A DNA stretch of 64,000 nt from Nitrospirota bacterium (GTDB lineage Bacteria > Nitrospirota > UBA9217), in NCBI GenBank assembly GCA_963796285.1, contig CAWCKW010000012.1, positions 128,001-192,000 of the forward strand, in the 5' to 3' direction. Shown here in pieces: positions 1-9,145 of this stretch. Positions within the stretch are counted from its first letter, which is position 1. Each line of letters starts with the position of its first letter. The notes below the pieces were generated by a model. It was given only the letters and a program-made list of their open reading frames with translations, searched no databases and was not told the DNA's origin. The position numbers and the translations under genes were made by a program.

Positions 1-26
1 GCGTACGGCGTGTAGGAGGCTCACTC

Positions 27-1259
27 ATGGGCAATTTGATCAAAAATTTTTTTATCGCCTTGCGTCAGATCTTCATCGGGAACCGCGCCTATTATCTCTG
101 GGTGGCGTTCCTGTCAATTTTTATTCTCTTCGGGTTCAGTGCGTACGTCCAACAGCTCAATCGCGGTCTTATTACAACAGCGATGAGGGACCAGGTCTCG
201 TGGGGCCTGTTTATCTCGAATTTTACCTTCCTTGTCGGTGTCGCCGCTGCCGCAGTCCTGCTTGTCGTGCCGGCATACCTCTATAATTTCAAGCCGATCA
301 AAGAAATCGTGCTCTTCGGCGAACTGCTTGCCATAACTGCGATCACGATGTGTATCCTGTTCATCCTCGTCGATATGGGGCAGCCCACGCGCGTCTGGCA
401 TATCCTGCCGTTCATCGGCCTTATGCATTTCCCTGCCTCGCTCTTGGCATGGGACGTGGTCGTGCTGAACGGTTATCTTGCGATCAACGGGATCATCGCG
501 TTTTACGTTCTCTATCGGCTTTCGATCGGTAAGGAATACAGTATGACCGTGATCGGTCCGCTGATCATTCTCTCGATACCCTGGGCGGTCAGCATTCACA
601 CGGTCACGGCTTTTCTCTATAATGGACTGTCTTCCCGGCCGTTCTGGAATGCCTCGATCCTGGCCCCGCGGTTTCTTGCTTCAGCGTTCTGTTCCGGGCC
701 TGCCATCATGCTGGTCTTGTTCCAGATCGTCAGAAATCGTTCAGAAGTGGAGATCGATAATAAGGCGATCTTCAAGATCGCCGAATTGATCGCTTATGCC
801 ATGGCGATCAATTTGTTCCTTCTGGGCGCCGAGGCGTTCAAGGAATTTTATTCGGGCGGTGTTGACAGCTATTCTATCCAGTACCTGTACTTCGGCCTTC
901 ACGGGAAAACGAGCCTCGTGCCCTGGATGTGGACTGCATCCGTGTTCAATATCACAGCGTTCTTTCTCTTTCTCTTTCCGAAGACCCGGGAGAATTTCAC
1001 GACGTTGAACATCGGGTGCGTGCTGATCATTATCGGCGTGTATATCGAGAAGGGGATGGGGCTTATTGTGCCCGGTTTTATCCCGGATGCACTCGGGGAA
1101 ATCTATGAATATTCTCCGACCACGTCCGAGATCATCATTACCATGGGGATATGGGCCATTGGAGCGCTCCTGTACACACTCCTGCTTAAATTTGCGGTAC
1201 CGATCTATACTGGAAAACTGAGGTTCGAAACGAAAGAGCGGAACGTTACCGTACGGTAG
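27..1259 (+). CDS. dsrP: NrfD/PsrC-family membrane anchor, DsrP-like
   Basis: About 10 TM helices; DQVSWGLFISNFTFLVGVAAAAV, SIHTVTAF and APRFLASAF motifs typical of DsrP/HmcC; RBS AGGAGG upstream; last gene of an operon entering from the left. Confidence 0.75.
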   Translation: MGNLIKNFFIALRQIFIGNRAYYLWVAFLSIFILFGFSAYVQQLNRGLITTAMRDQVSWGLFISNFTFLVGVAAAAVLLVVPAYLYNFKPIKEIVLFGELLAITAITMCILFILVDMGQPTRVWHILPFIGLMHFPASLLAWDVVVLNGYLAINGIIAFYVLYRLSIGKEYSMTVIGPLIILSIPWAVSIHTVTAFLYNGLSSRPFWNASILAPRFLASAFCSGPAIMLVLFQIVRNRSEVEIDNKAIFKIAELIAYAMAINLFLLGAEAFKEFYSGGVDSYSIQYLYFGLHGKTSLVPWMWTASVFNITAFFLFLFPKTRENFTTLNIGCVLIIIGVYIEKGMGLIVPGFIPDALGEIYEYSPTTSEIIITMGIWAIGALLYTLLLKFAVPIYTGKLRFETKERNVTVR

Positions 1260-1587
1260 CTAAGATCGCAGGCAATCCGTTCGCTCCCGATTAGATTTGC
1301 GTTGGCGGGTAATTACAAAATCCTTTATGACGTCGGGATTCAGGGCAGGTCTACTGCCTCAAAATGGTTCCTGTGGCTTTTCAGGCCTGTTCTTCATTCA
1401 TCGTTACAACGGCAGTTGACTCGGATTAAAACAGATACGGACGGGATTGATTCTGATCTGATTTTGGATAGTATATCAACTTCGGGTGAAGTCCTTCCCT
1501 ATGGCGTTTCATTTTTTTATCCTACCTTGCTTTGCCCCCTCAGTGTCAAAACGCATAATTCAGGATTAAGAGTAATTGAGTTGACTC

Positions 1588-1621
1588 AAAAAAAATGCCA
1601 CGGACGTGAGTCCGTGGCATT
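1588..1621 (-). terminator. Rho-independent terminator of the Rieske/cytochrome b operon
   Basis: ATGCCACGGAC-GTGA-GTCCGTGGCAT hairpin preceded by A8 (U-tract on the - strand). Confidence 0.75.
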
Positions 1622-1688
1622 CTGCTGACCGCTGTTCCTACCAGCCTAGATACCCATCTCTTCATTAATCATTAAACAAATATCGATT

Positions 1689-2573
1689 CTACTCATCTTT
1701 TGTTTTTGGCAGCAAAAAGATGATAATGCCCATGAACGCGAAGGACATCAGGAAGAATGCGGAGAGATTTTTTCTGAATCTCAGTTTCTGATACGTGTTT
1801 TGAATATCCACGTCTATCTGGTCCAGTTTTGACGTAAATTCATCTGTCCTGCTTCTTACCAATGCTACATCTACTGTATGGAAAAGCGTACGGAATTCTG
1901 CCTGAGTGCTGAAGAGGCTTTTTTCATCATCCCCTACGTAGATACCGTCTTGCTTTAGTTCCTGGAGACGCCGGTCAAGCTGTGAAATTCTCGTTTCAAT
2001 GGCGAAAAGGGCGACTTTCATGATTTTTGCCCGTTCATAGGAATGACACTTGGTACACAACTGCGGGTTTATGATTTCAATGCTCGCTTTCTGAATGTTG
2101 TGCGATCCATGACAGGTTACGCAGTTTGGCGCTTTTTTCGACGCCTTCAGCGCCTTGCCGTGTCCGCTTTCAAGATAACTGGATAAAATCCCGATGTGGC
2201 ACTTGCCGCAGAACTCGGGGACTTCCTGGTATTGAGGTGTGCCGACAAATCCTCGTTCACGAGACATGGAGGATTCGGCGTCCTTCGGATCACCGCCATG
2301 GCAGTTTTCACAGGATATCCTGTTTAGCGCGTGCCAGCTCGGTTGCCATGCATCCACAACATCTCGGAACTCCGGCTTCATCTGATCGGAAGAATGGCAT
2401 GAGATACATTGATTTTCCTCAATCTGTTCTCCTGCCCAGGGTTTTGTCAGGAATCCTCTTTCAAAATCTTCCTTGTATCCGGCCGATCCCGAAGAGGGGA
2501 GCATGAACAGGATCATGAATGCAAGCGCAAAATATCTCATTAACTCCTCCCCCACAACAAGAGAATAATCCAC
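1689..2573 (-). CDS. Membrane-anchored pentaheme cytochrome c, third subunit of a bc-type complex (start probably MRYFALAF near 2540)
   Basis: Signal peptide; five CxxCH (CISCH, CENCH, CGKCH, CVTCH, CTKCH); coiled coil; C-terminal TM helix. Confidence 0.88.
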   Translation of the reverse strand: MDYSLVVGEELMRYFALAFMILFMLPSSGSAGYKEDFERGFLTKPWAGEQIEENQCISCHSSDQMKPEFRDVVDAWQPSWHALNRISCENCHGGDPKDAESSMSRERGFVGTPQYQEVPEFCGKCHIGILSSYLESGHGKALKASKKAPNCVTCHGSHNIQKASIEIINPQLCTKCHSYERAKIMKVALFAIETRISQLDRRLQELKQDGIYVGDDEKSLFSTQAEFRTLFHTVDVALVRSRTDEFTSKLDQIDVDIQNTYQKLRFRKNLSAFFLMSFAFMGIIIFLLPKTKDE

Positions 2574-3646
2574 AAGGCGATCAGGGACAGGAATACCCCG
2601 CGCAGAATAGGACGTTTCAGAACGTTCTTTTCCTCCTGAGTGTCCAGGAACGGCCAGAACAGGAAAATAGCAATGAGACTCAGCTGGAGCGCGATCCCCA
2701 AGAGTTTATTCGGTATGAGCTTGAGAAACTGGTACGGCGCCAGGAGATACCATTCAGGACGTATTTGCGAGGGTGTCCGGTACGGGTCCGCCGGGATATT
2801 GGCGTCGCCTGAAAAGAACAGGTTTGGGAAAAACGTGATGATGAAAAACATGACGGCAAAGAAGGCCATCATCGTGTACATCTGCTTTCGGAAAAAGTAG
2901 GGGTAATAAGGATAACCGTCCGCATTGTTTTTCCGAAGATATATTGTGGGATAAAGGTCGGTTCGCGGATTCTTTTCGGGGACTATCATGCCGAAGGGCG
3001 TAGACGAAATGCCGATCCGGTTCACCAGAAACAGATGCAAGGCCGCCAAGGCCAGAAAGATGGGAGGCAGGATAGCGACATGGAACGCAAAGAACCGGCT
3101 CAGGGTTATATCGGTGACATATTCACCGCCCCGCAACAGGTGCATAACATAGTCGCCGACGACGGGAAATGCCGTAGGCACTGCCGTCACCACCGTCGTC
3201 GACCAGTAGCTCAACTGTGTCCACGGCAAGAGGTAGCCGCTGAACCCGAACATGATTATTGTAACAAGCGACAGACTTCCGCTAAGCCAGGTCAGCTCAC
3301 GCGGGCGCTTGTAGTTGCCCATCATGAAAACCGTAATCATATGGAGGAAGAGTACGGTAATCAAGAGGTTGCTTCCTACGGCATGCATTTGCCTGAAAAG
3401 CCATCCATAGGGGACGATGTTCATGATTTCCTGAACGCTCCTAAATGCATGGTCAGGGTGCGGTACGTAATACACCATGAGGATGATGCCGGTAAGGGCC
3501 TCAACGGAGAATGCAATGAGGGCGAGAAATCCGAGAGTATGAAAGATGTTTATATTCTTCGGCAGCCGATAATCCAAGATTTGCGCCTGGATAATGTTTC
3601 TGAGTTGAATACGTTCATCAAGCCAATCTATTAAATTTTTCCACAT
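2540..3646 (-). CDS. petB: Cytochrome b subunit of Rieske/cytochrome b complex
   Basis: Four heme His (RQMH..FLH, AFH..ALH), GYLLPW and PEWY motifs. Confidence 0.92.
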   Translation of the reverse strand: MWKNLIDWLDERIQLRNIIQAQILDYRLPKNINIFHTLGFLALIAFSVEALTGIILMVYYVPHPDHAFRSVQEIMNIVPYGWLFRQMHAVGSNLLITVLFLHMITVFMMGNYKRPRELTWLSGSLSLVTIIMFGFSGYLLPWTQLSYWSTTVVTAVPTAFPVVGDYVMHLLRGGEYVTDITLSRFFAFHVAILPPIFLALAALHLFLVNRIGISSTPFGMIVPEKNPRTDLYPTIYLRKNNADGYPYYPYFFRKQMYTMMAFFAVMFFIITFFPNLFFSGDANIPADPYRTPSQIRPEWYLLAPYQFLKLIPNKLLGIALQLSLIAIFLFWPFLDTQEEKNVLKRPILRGVFLSLIALWIILLLWGRS

Positions 3647-3650
3647 AGCC

Positions 3651-4082
3651 TCATCCTATTATAATGGTTTCGCCTTCGATCTTCAGCGGTAGAGCGGTCA
3701 ACGGCTTCGGCGGCGGTCCTGATACAACATTTCCATCGAGATCATAGATGCCCGCATGGCAGGGGCATATGAACTTCAGGCTGTTCTTGTTATATTCCAC
3801 AAGGCAGCCAAGGTGGGTGCAAGTGCGTGAAAAAGCAAAGTAACCTTTGTCCGGCCTGTTTATGATAACCGCAGGAGTGTTGTGATAGATGATGTTCTTT
3901 GCTTCTCCCGAAGGAACATCACTTTTATGGAGGACGAGCTTTTTTAGATCAGCTGACTTAGATGGGAGTGATGTGAGAAACTTCAAAAAAGAATAGGCAA
4001 ATGATAAAAATGTAATCGATCCGAGAAAGGCCAAGAGAATCTTTAGGAATCTACGCCTCTTCATCATTCCTCCACACTTCAT
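3651..4082 (-). CDS. petA: Rieske 2Fe-2S subunit
   Basis: Tat-like RRRFLK plus TM helix; CTHLGC, CPCH and GPPP motifs. Confidence 0.93.
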   Translation of the reverse strand: MKCGGMMKRRRFLKILLAFLGSITFLSFAYSFLKFLTSLPSKSADLKKLVLHKSDVPSGEAKNIIYHNTPAVIINRPDKGYFAFSRTCTHLGCLVEYNKNSLKFICPCHAGIYDLDGNVVSGPPPKPLTALPLKIEGETIIIG

Positions 4083-4113
4083 AAATTTTATTAATATTAA
4101 TATTTACATCAGC

Positions 4114-4228
4114 ACATTAGCAAAACGATTTCTCGTTGTCAAGAAAATTGATACTTATTGCTACAAAACGATATTCGTAATTTATGTGTTTGGAAAGTAT
4201 TGACATCATGGCTGACCTGTGTTATAAA
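4114..4228. promoter_or_regulatory. Divergent sigma70-type promoters
   Basis: + strand TTGACA(4200)-N17-TATAAA with extended TG; - strand TTGACA(4142)-N17-TAATGT. Confidence 0.55.
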
Positions 4229-4283
4229 GTTGTGCTTAACAATAATGTATTAACCATAATGTATTAACCATTCAGATCGTGTA

Positions 4284-5315
4284 TTGTCGGGGGGAACGAA
4301 ATTGGTTACGCGGATCAGGGAAAAGATACAGCAATTACTGGTGCGATTGAAGGAGCCGATGTCCCTGAAGGCGAAGCTGCTTATTGTCACCTTGCTCTTG
4401 ATCATCGTTTTCGGCGGTGGATTTGTCGCCTTCAAATTTTACGATTTTACCCAGAACAATCCCAAGTTCTGCGTCGGCTGCCATTTGATGCAGCCGGCAT
4501 ACGACAGCTGGGCGAAGAGCGAGCATAAGCAGCTCAACTGCCATGAATGTCATCACCTCACGATCTTGGAGCAGAACCAACTGCTGATCAGTTTCGTGCT
4601 GAAGCGCCCGAACGCGGTGCCCGAGCGTCATAAAGGGCAGGTCATCGTGCTATCGAAAACCTGCAACCAGTGCCACACCGAAGGCAAGGCGACCCGGATC
4701 AACAAATCCCTGTTCCACGCCAAACACGTTTACATGGAGCAGATCGAATGCACACAGTGCCACGGGGAGGTGAAGGACGATAAGTCGGGTCTTCATCATT
4801 TCCTGCCCACGGAAAAATTCTGCACCAAGTGCCATCAGGGAAAGCAGGTCCACGGCGAAGGCATGGGCGGTCTTGCCTGCATCAACTGCCACACTGACCG
4901 TACCAAGGACCTCAAACCAGGCCGAATGAAGTGTCTGTATTGCCACAGCAACGATCAGAGCATCAAACAGCAACTCAAAGAAGATGCCACCATGGACGTG
5001 CGGTTCTTTACCCCCGATGTTGGTACGGTCAATAAGGCCAAAAAGATAGTCTTTAACGAAAAGTCGCCGATGCAGTTCTATTGCTATGAGTGCCACAAGC
5101 CGCATGAGGCAGGCAAGGTACGACCTCATAACGAGGACTGTCTGCGCTGCCATACCGGCGTGCCAAAGATCGGAAAGCATAAGCTTCACCTCGGGATGGA
5201 TATGAAGTGCAATGCCTGTCACAAGCAGCATGTATGGCGAGTGACGGAGGAGTCAGCGAAGAAGGACTGTGTTGTCTGCCACGAATACCGGAGCCCAAGC
5301 GCTTTTCTAAGGTAA
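4284..5315 (+). CDS. NapC/NirT-like membrane-anchored multiheme cytochrome c, 11 hemes
   Basis: N-terminal TM helix, PKFCVGCHLM NapC-like start, 11 CxxCH motifs counted; exact start uncertain. Confidence 0.88.
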   Translation: MSGGTKLVTRIREKIQQLLVRLKEPMSLKAKLLIVTLLLIIVFGGGFVAFKFYDFTQNNPKFCVGCHLMQPAYDSWAKSEHKQLNCHECHHLTILEQNQLLISFVLKRPNAVPERHKGQVIVLSKTCNQCHTEGKATRINKSLFHAKHVYMEQIECTQCHGEVKDDKSGLHHFLPTEKFCTKCHQGKQVHGEGMGGLACINCHTDRTKDLKPGRMKCLYCHSNDQSIKQQLKEDATMDVRFFTPDVGTVNKAKKIVFNEKSPMQFYCYECHKPHEAGKVRPHNEDCLRCHTGVPKIGKHKLHLGMDMKCNACHKQHVWRVTEESAKKDCVVCHEYRSPSAFLR

Positions 5316-5415
5316 TGCTGCTGCCTGATGGGAGGAGGTCGGTCCCCGGTCGTCCTGGCAGGTTGCTTGGATTGTGTCGTTTATATTCTCAAATAAGAAA
5401 GGAGGTGAAACATAC

Positions 5416-5736
5416 ATGAAGAAATTATTCGGATTTGCTCTCGCAGTAGTAGCAGTGCTTGCAATGACCATGACTGCATTCGCAGTACCGTCCGGCAAAA
5501 CAGTTGACTTCGACGGCAAAGGTGCAGGCAAAGTCGAGTTCAGTGGTAAGGTCCATGCTGACAAAGGTCTCAAGTGTGCAGAGTGCCACCCGGCAATCTT
5601 CAAGATGAAGAAGGGTGCGGACGCCATCACCATGAAGGACATCAATGATGGTAAGTTCTGCGGTACATGCCACAACGGTACCAAGGCCTTCAGCGCGAAG
5701 GATGCAGCCAACTGTGCAAAGTGCCACAAGAAATAA
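5416..5736 (+). CDS. Periplasmic triheme cytochrome c7-like, copy 1
   Basis: RBS AAGGAGGT, signal peptide, CAECH/CGTCH/CAKCH. Confidence 0.9.
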   Translation: MKKLFGFALAVVAVLAMTMTAFAVPSGKTVDFDGKGAGKVEFSGKVHADKGLKCAECHPAIFKMKKGADAITMKDINDGKFCGTCHNGTKAFSAKDAANCAKCHKK

Positions 5737-5753
5737 GATGTCATTATAGATGT

Positions 5754-5790
5754 AAAAACCCTCACGGATCAATTCTGTGAGGGTTTTTTT
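5754..5790 (+). terminator. Rho-independent terminator
   Basis: AAAAACCCTCACGGA...TCTGTGAGGGTTTTTTT. Confidence 0.85.
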
Positions 5791-5867
5791 GTGTAATAAA
5801 TGTCAATTAACTGACCCCGATCGGCCATCCTGGTGCAAAAAAATACGAAAAATATTCCCCTCCAACC

Positions 5868-5896
5868 TTGACATACCCCGTTTTTTCAACTAAGTT
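5868..5896 (+). promoter_or_regulatory. Putative sigma70 promoter
   Basis: TTGACA-N17-TAAGTT. Confidence 0.4.
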
Positions 5897-6286
5897 TACA
5901 ATGTGCAGTGTTTCATCGTGAAACGGTACATAATTCAAAAGTAGTATTCAAGAAAATCACTCAGCCATGAGCGAAGGTTTGTATAGCAGGCTCACAGAGA
6001 ATTCAGGGGAAAATCAAAATTTCGATCCGAAATATCAGTTCAGAAAAATGGCAAGGTCTTTAACAGCCAATAGTATCTGATTTTCTTTGCGTTCGGAGAC
6101 TGTACTTGATCGGCTCTACCGGGAACAGCGCAGCGTGGTTCTCCTCTTGGCCATTGCGTGATCGACCTCCGTTGTTAACCTTATGACCTTATTATCAAGT
6201 TCAAGTATCCCCAGTCTGCCTGTATTCTCGACATTGATGCTTGTATTATTCGATCTATCCGGCAAAGAAAGGAGGTGAAACGAAAA

Positions 6287-6595
6287 ATGAAAATAAAGTT
6301 AATGCTAGCATTCGCATCCGTAGTAGTATTAGTGTTTGCAACGTCAGCATTCGCAGTCGGCCCCGGTAAAACCGTGGAGTTCGAGAAGGGTGGCAAGGTG
6401 GTCTTTGACGGCAAGGCCCATTCTGCGGCAAAGTGTAATGAGTGCCATCCGGCCATTTTCAAGATGAAGAAGGGCGCCGATGTTATGACCATGAAGGACA
6501 TGGAGGCGGGGAAGTTCTGTGGCGTATGTCACAACGGCACCAAGGCCTTTGCAGTTAAGGACGCAGCAAACTGCGTAAAATGCCACAAAAAATAG
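6287..6595 (+). CDS. Periplasmic triheme cytochrome c7-like, copy 2
   Basis: Same RBS, signal peptide, CNECH/CGVCH/CVKCH; close paralog of 5416..5736. Confidence 0.9.
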   Translation: MKIKLMLAFASVVVLVFATSAFAVGPGKTVEFEKGGKVVFDGKAHSAAKCNECHPAIFKMKKGADVMTMKDMEAGKFCGVCHNGTKAFAVKDAANCVKCHKK

Positions 6596-6615
6596 CTGAA
6601 TTATATTGGACAGCA

Positions 6616-6650
6616 AAGACCCTCACGGAATGATCCGTGAGGGTCTTTTT
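6616..6650. terminator. Terminator between the c7 gene and convergent selC
   Basis: AAAGACCCTCACGGA-ATGA-TCCGTGAGGGTCTTTTT. Confidence 0.85.
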
Positions 6651-6655
6651 ATTTG

Positions 6656-6754
6656 TGGCGGGAGAGCATGAGAATCGAACTCACCTTTCCTGACCAAAGC
6701 CAGGAAACAACGGATTTGAAGTCCGGGACGGGCACCAGCTCCGTAACCTCTCCC
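6656..6754 (-). tRNA. selC: tRNA-Sec (anticodon UCA)
   Basis: Reverse complement GGGAGAGG...CGGA-CTTCAAA-TCCG, 9-bp variable arm, GTGAG-TTCGATT-CTCAT, CTCTCCC-G-CCA; selA and selB nearby. Confidence 0.92.
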
Positions 6755-6889
6755 CTTTGTATGCTCCGCGATTATACTTGAGACTTCCCATGATGGCAAT
6801 ATAAATTTGGAAGAGACAACAGGCAATGAAAGTCAAAAGATGGGAAGGTGAAAAAATAAGGCGCAGGAAAAGCCGCGCTCTTACCTGTT

Positions 6890-8878
6890 TCACTTCTTCC
6901 CGTTCGTCCGCGTCAGCAGATTCATCGCCTCGTCAAGTTCCTTGTGCCCGCCGATCAGCACGACAATATCATCAGGTTGCAACATGAAATCAGGCGCCGG
7001 GTTCGTGTTCGCCTCGCCGTTGCGTGCGATGGCAATGACCGTGGCACCGGTGTTTTTCCGGATATCGAGCTCCCGGAGCGTTCTGCCCGCCGCGGGAGCG
7101 CCGGGATCGAGCTGGACATGGTCCACCGTCGCACCGGCGAAGAGCGCCGCGATCCGTCCAAGGTTCTCCTGGTCCAACGAATACCCGCGCAGCATCTTGT
7201 ACCCTCCAAACCGCACGAGCTGGATCTGGTTCGCAATGACGTTTGCGGGGATATGATATTCATGGAGCACACGCGAGAAGATCTCGATCGAGGTCTCGAA
7301 TTCCTCGGGGATAACCTGATTTGCTCCGAGCTTATAGAGCTCTTCGACGTCGGCCGCGTATCGCGTGCGGATGAGGATAAAGATCGAAGGATTGACCTCC
7401 CGGGTCAGGCGTATGGCGAGCCGGGTCGCGGTGTTGTCGGAGATGGCGAATACGATCACTCTTGCGCAGTTGACGCCGGCGCGCAGGAGCACGTCCTTCC
7501 GGGTGATGTCTCCGTAGATGATGGGCTCTCCTTCGGCACGGGCCCTGCGGATCGTGTCGGCATTCACTTCCAGCACCACATAGGGAAGGTGCGTGGCCTT
7601 GAGCGTCTTCGCCAGGTTCTGCCCGTTCAAACCGTAGCCCGCGATGATGGTATGCCCGGTGAGGGCGCAGAAATCGCTCTTATCAACTGCGTCGGATGAG
7701 ACTTCGGGCAGATATCTCGAGATCCACGGGGCTAACTGAATGAGGAAGGGCGCTGCAAGCATGCTCAGGATGGAGGTATTGATGAACAGCTGGAATACAT
7801 CCTGACCCATCAGGCCGTTTGTCTGGCCCTGCTTCGCCAGGAGGAATGAGAATTCGCCGATCTGCGCCAGGCCGAGCCCCGCGAGCAGGGAACTCCGGAC
7901 CGGATAACGCAGCAGGGTTGCGGTCACGGCCACCAGCCCGGATTTCAGAAGCACGAGAAGGAGCGCCATGATAAGGAGAAGGACCCAGTGTGCAATGAAA
8001 TAGTCCGTTTGCAACAGCATGCCGATGGAGATGAAGAAGATGCTTGCGAAGTAATCGCGGAAAGGCATGATCTCGACGACGATGTGGTGGCTGTATTCGG
8101 ATTCGGAAATGATGAGCCCAGCGAGGAATGCGCCGAGGGCGAGCGACAGGCCGAGACTGTAGGTGATCCACGCCGTGCCCAGGCAGAGGAGTACCACGAG
8201 GAGAAAGAACATCTCCCGGTTCCTGAGCCGTATCACCTGGTGGAGCAGGAAGGGGACGACCTGGCGCGCCGCAAAAAAAACGCCGACCAGTCCGAGCACG
8301 GCCTTTCCCAGGGAAATGAGCACGGACAGGGGGGTGACAGCGCCGAGCGCGCTCGCCTCGCCGAGGACCGGCAGCATGAGCATCATGGGCACAACGGCAA
8401 GGTCCTGAAACAGTAATATGCCGGTCGCTAGCCTGCCATGCGCGGAGTCAAGCTCGGTGCGGTCCGAGTACATTTTGAGCACGATCGCGGTGCTGCTGAG
8501 CGACGCCAGGAACCCGAAGAACACCGCCTGCGGAAGGGGATAGTGGAGCACGAGCGCGATGCCGGTGACCGCGGCGACGGTCAACAGGACCTGTGTCCCG
8601 CCGCCGATGAGCAGCTGACGGCCCGATCGGATGATGTCGGTGATCGAGAACTCAAGCCCCACCGTGAACAAAAGGAGCACCACGCCGATGTCAGCGAGCC
8701 GTTCAACGACACGCGTCTCGGTGATAATGGCGGCGCCAAACGGACCGATCAGCACGCCGGTGATCAGGAACCCCACGAGCGCAGGCAGCTTTGCCCGGTG
8801 GAAGAGATAGGTGATCGGGAGCGAGACAGCGAGGATGACGATCAGTTCGCGGAGTATGGTGATTTCCTGGTCTTGCAT
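6890..8878 (-). CDS. CPA2/Kef-type monovalent cation:proton antiporter with TrkA-N and TrkA-C domains
   Basis: LSSTAIVLK, LFQDL, QIGEFSF motifs; IIAGYGLNG Rossmann motif; C-terminal RCK-C. Confidence 0.92.
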   Translation of the reverse strand: MQDQEITILRELIVILAVSLPITYLFHRAKLPALVGFLITGVLIGPFGAAIITETRVVERLADIGVVLLLFTVGLEFSITDIIRSGRQLLIGGGTQVLLTVAAVTGIALVLHYPLPQAVFFGFLASLSSTAIVLKMYSDRTELDSAHGRLATGILLFQDLAVVPMMLMLPVLGEASALGAVTPLSVLISLGKAVLGLVGVFFAARQVVPFLLHQVIRLRNREMFFLLVVLLCLGTAWITYSLGLSLALGAFLAGLIISESEYSHHIVVEIMPFRDYFASIFFISIGMLLQTDYFIAHWVLLLIMALLLVLLKSGLVAVTATLLRYPVRSSLLAGLGLAQIGEFSFLLAKQGQTNGLMGQDVFQLFINTSILSMLAAPFLIQLAPWISRYLPEVSSDAVDKSDFCALTGHTIIAGYGLNGQNLAKTLKATHLPYVVLEVNADTIRRARAEGEPIIYGDITRKDVLLRAGVNCARVIVFAISDNTATRLAIRLTREVNPSIFILIRTRYAADVEELYKLGANQVIPEEFETSIEIFSRVLHEYHIPANVIANQIQLVRFGGYKMLRGYSLDQENLGRIAALFAGATVDHVQLDPGAPAAGRTLRELDIRKNTGATVIAIARNGEANTNPAPDFMLQPDDIVVLIGGHKELDEAMNLLTRTNGKK

Positions 8879-9145
8879 ACAATTATGATAGCATATTTAC
8901 GGGCATTATCACAATTTCAGAGAAGGGCTGGATAGAGACGGAGGAGTCACGTTCTACCCAAGGAGGGTGAAAATAAGTCAATTTCTTTGACACTGATTGT
9001 GACTGATTGAATTATAATGGATCATGATTTTTCATATAGTTCATCCGCCATTATCCGTGTCAAAGACTTTAATGGGGCTACTCCTGATTCCGTCTTGTCC
9101 GGATAAGGTTGTTCAGGACAGGAAGAAAAATAAGGAGCCGGTTTG

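Noticed and set aside
1302-1628. 108-aa ORF after dsrP
   Set aside because: TTG start, no RBS or motif, runs through a terminator
6656-6890. Genomic island integrated at selC
   Set aside because: No integrase and no duplicated tRNA 3' end in the window
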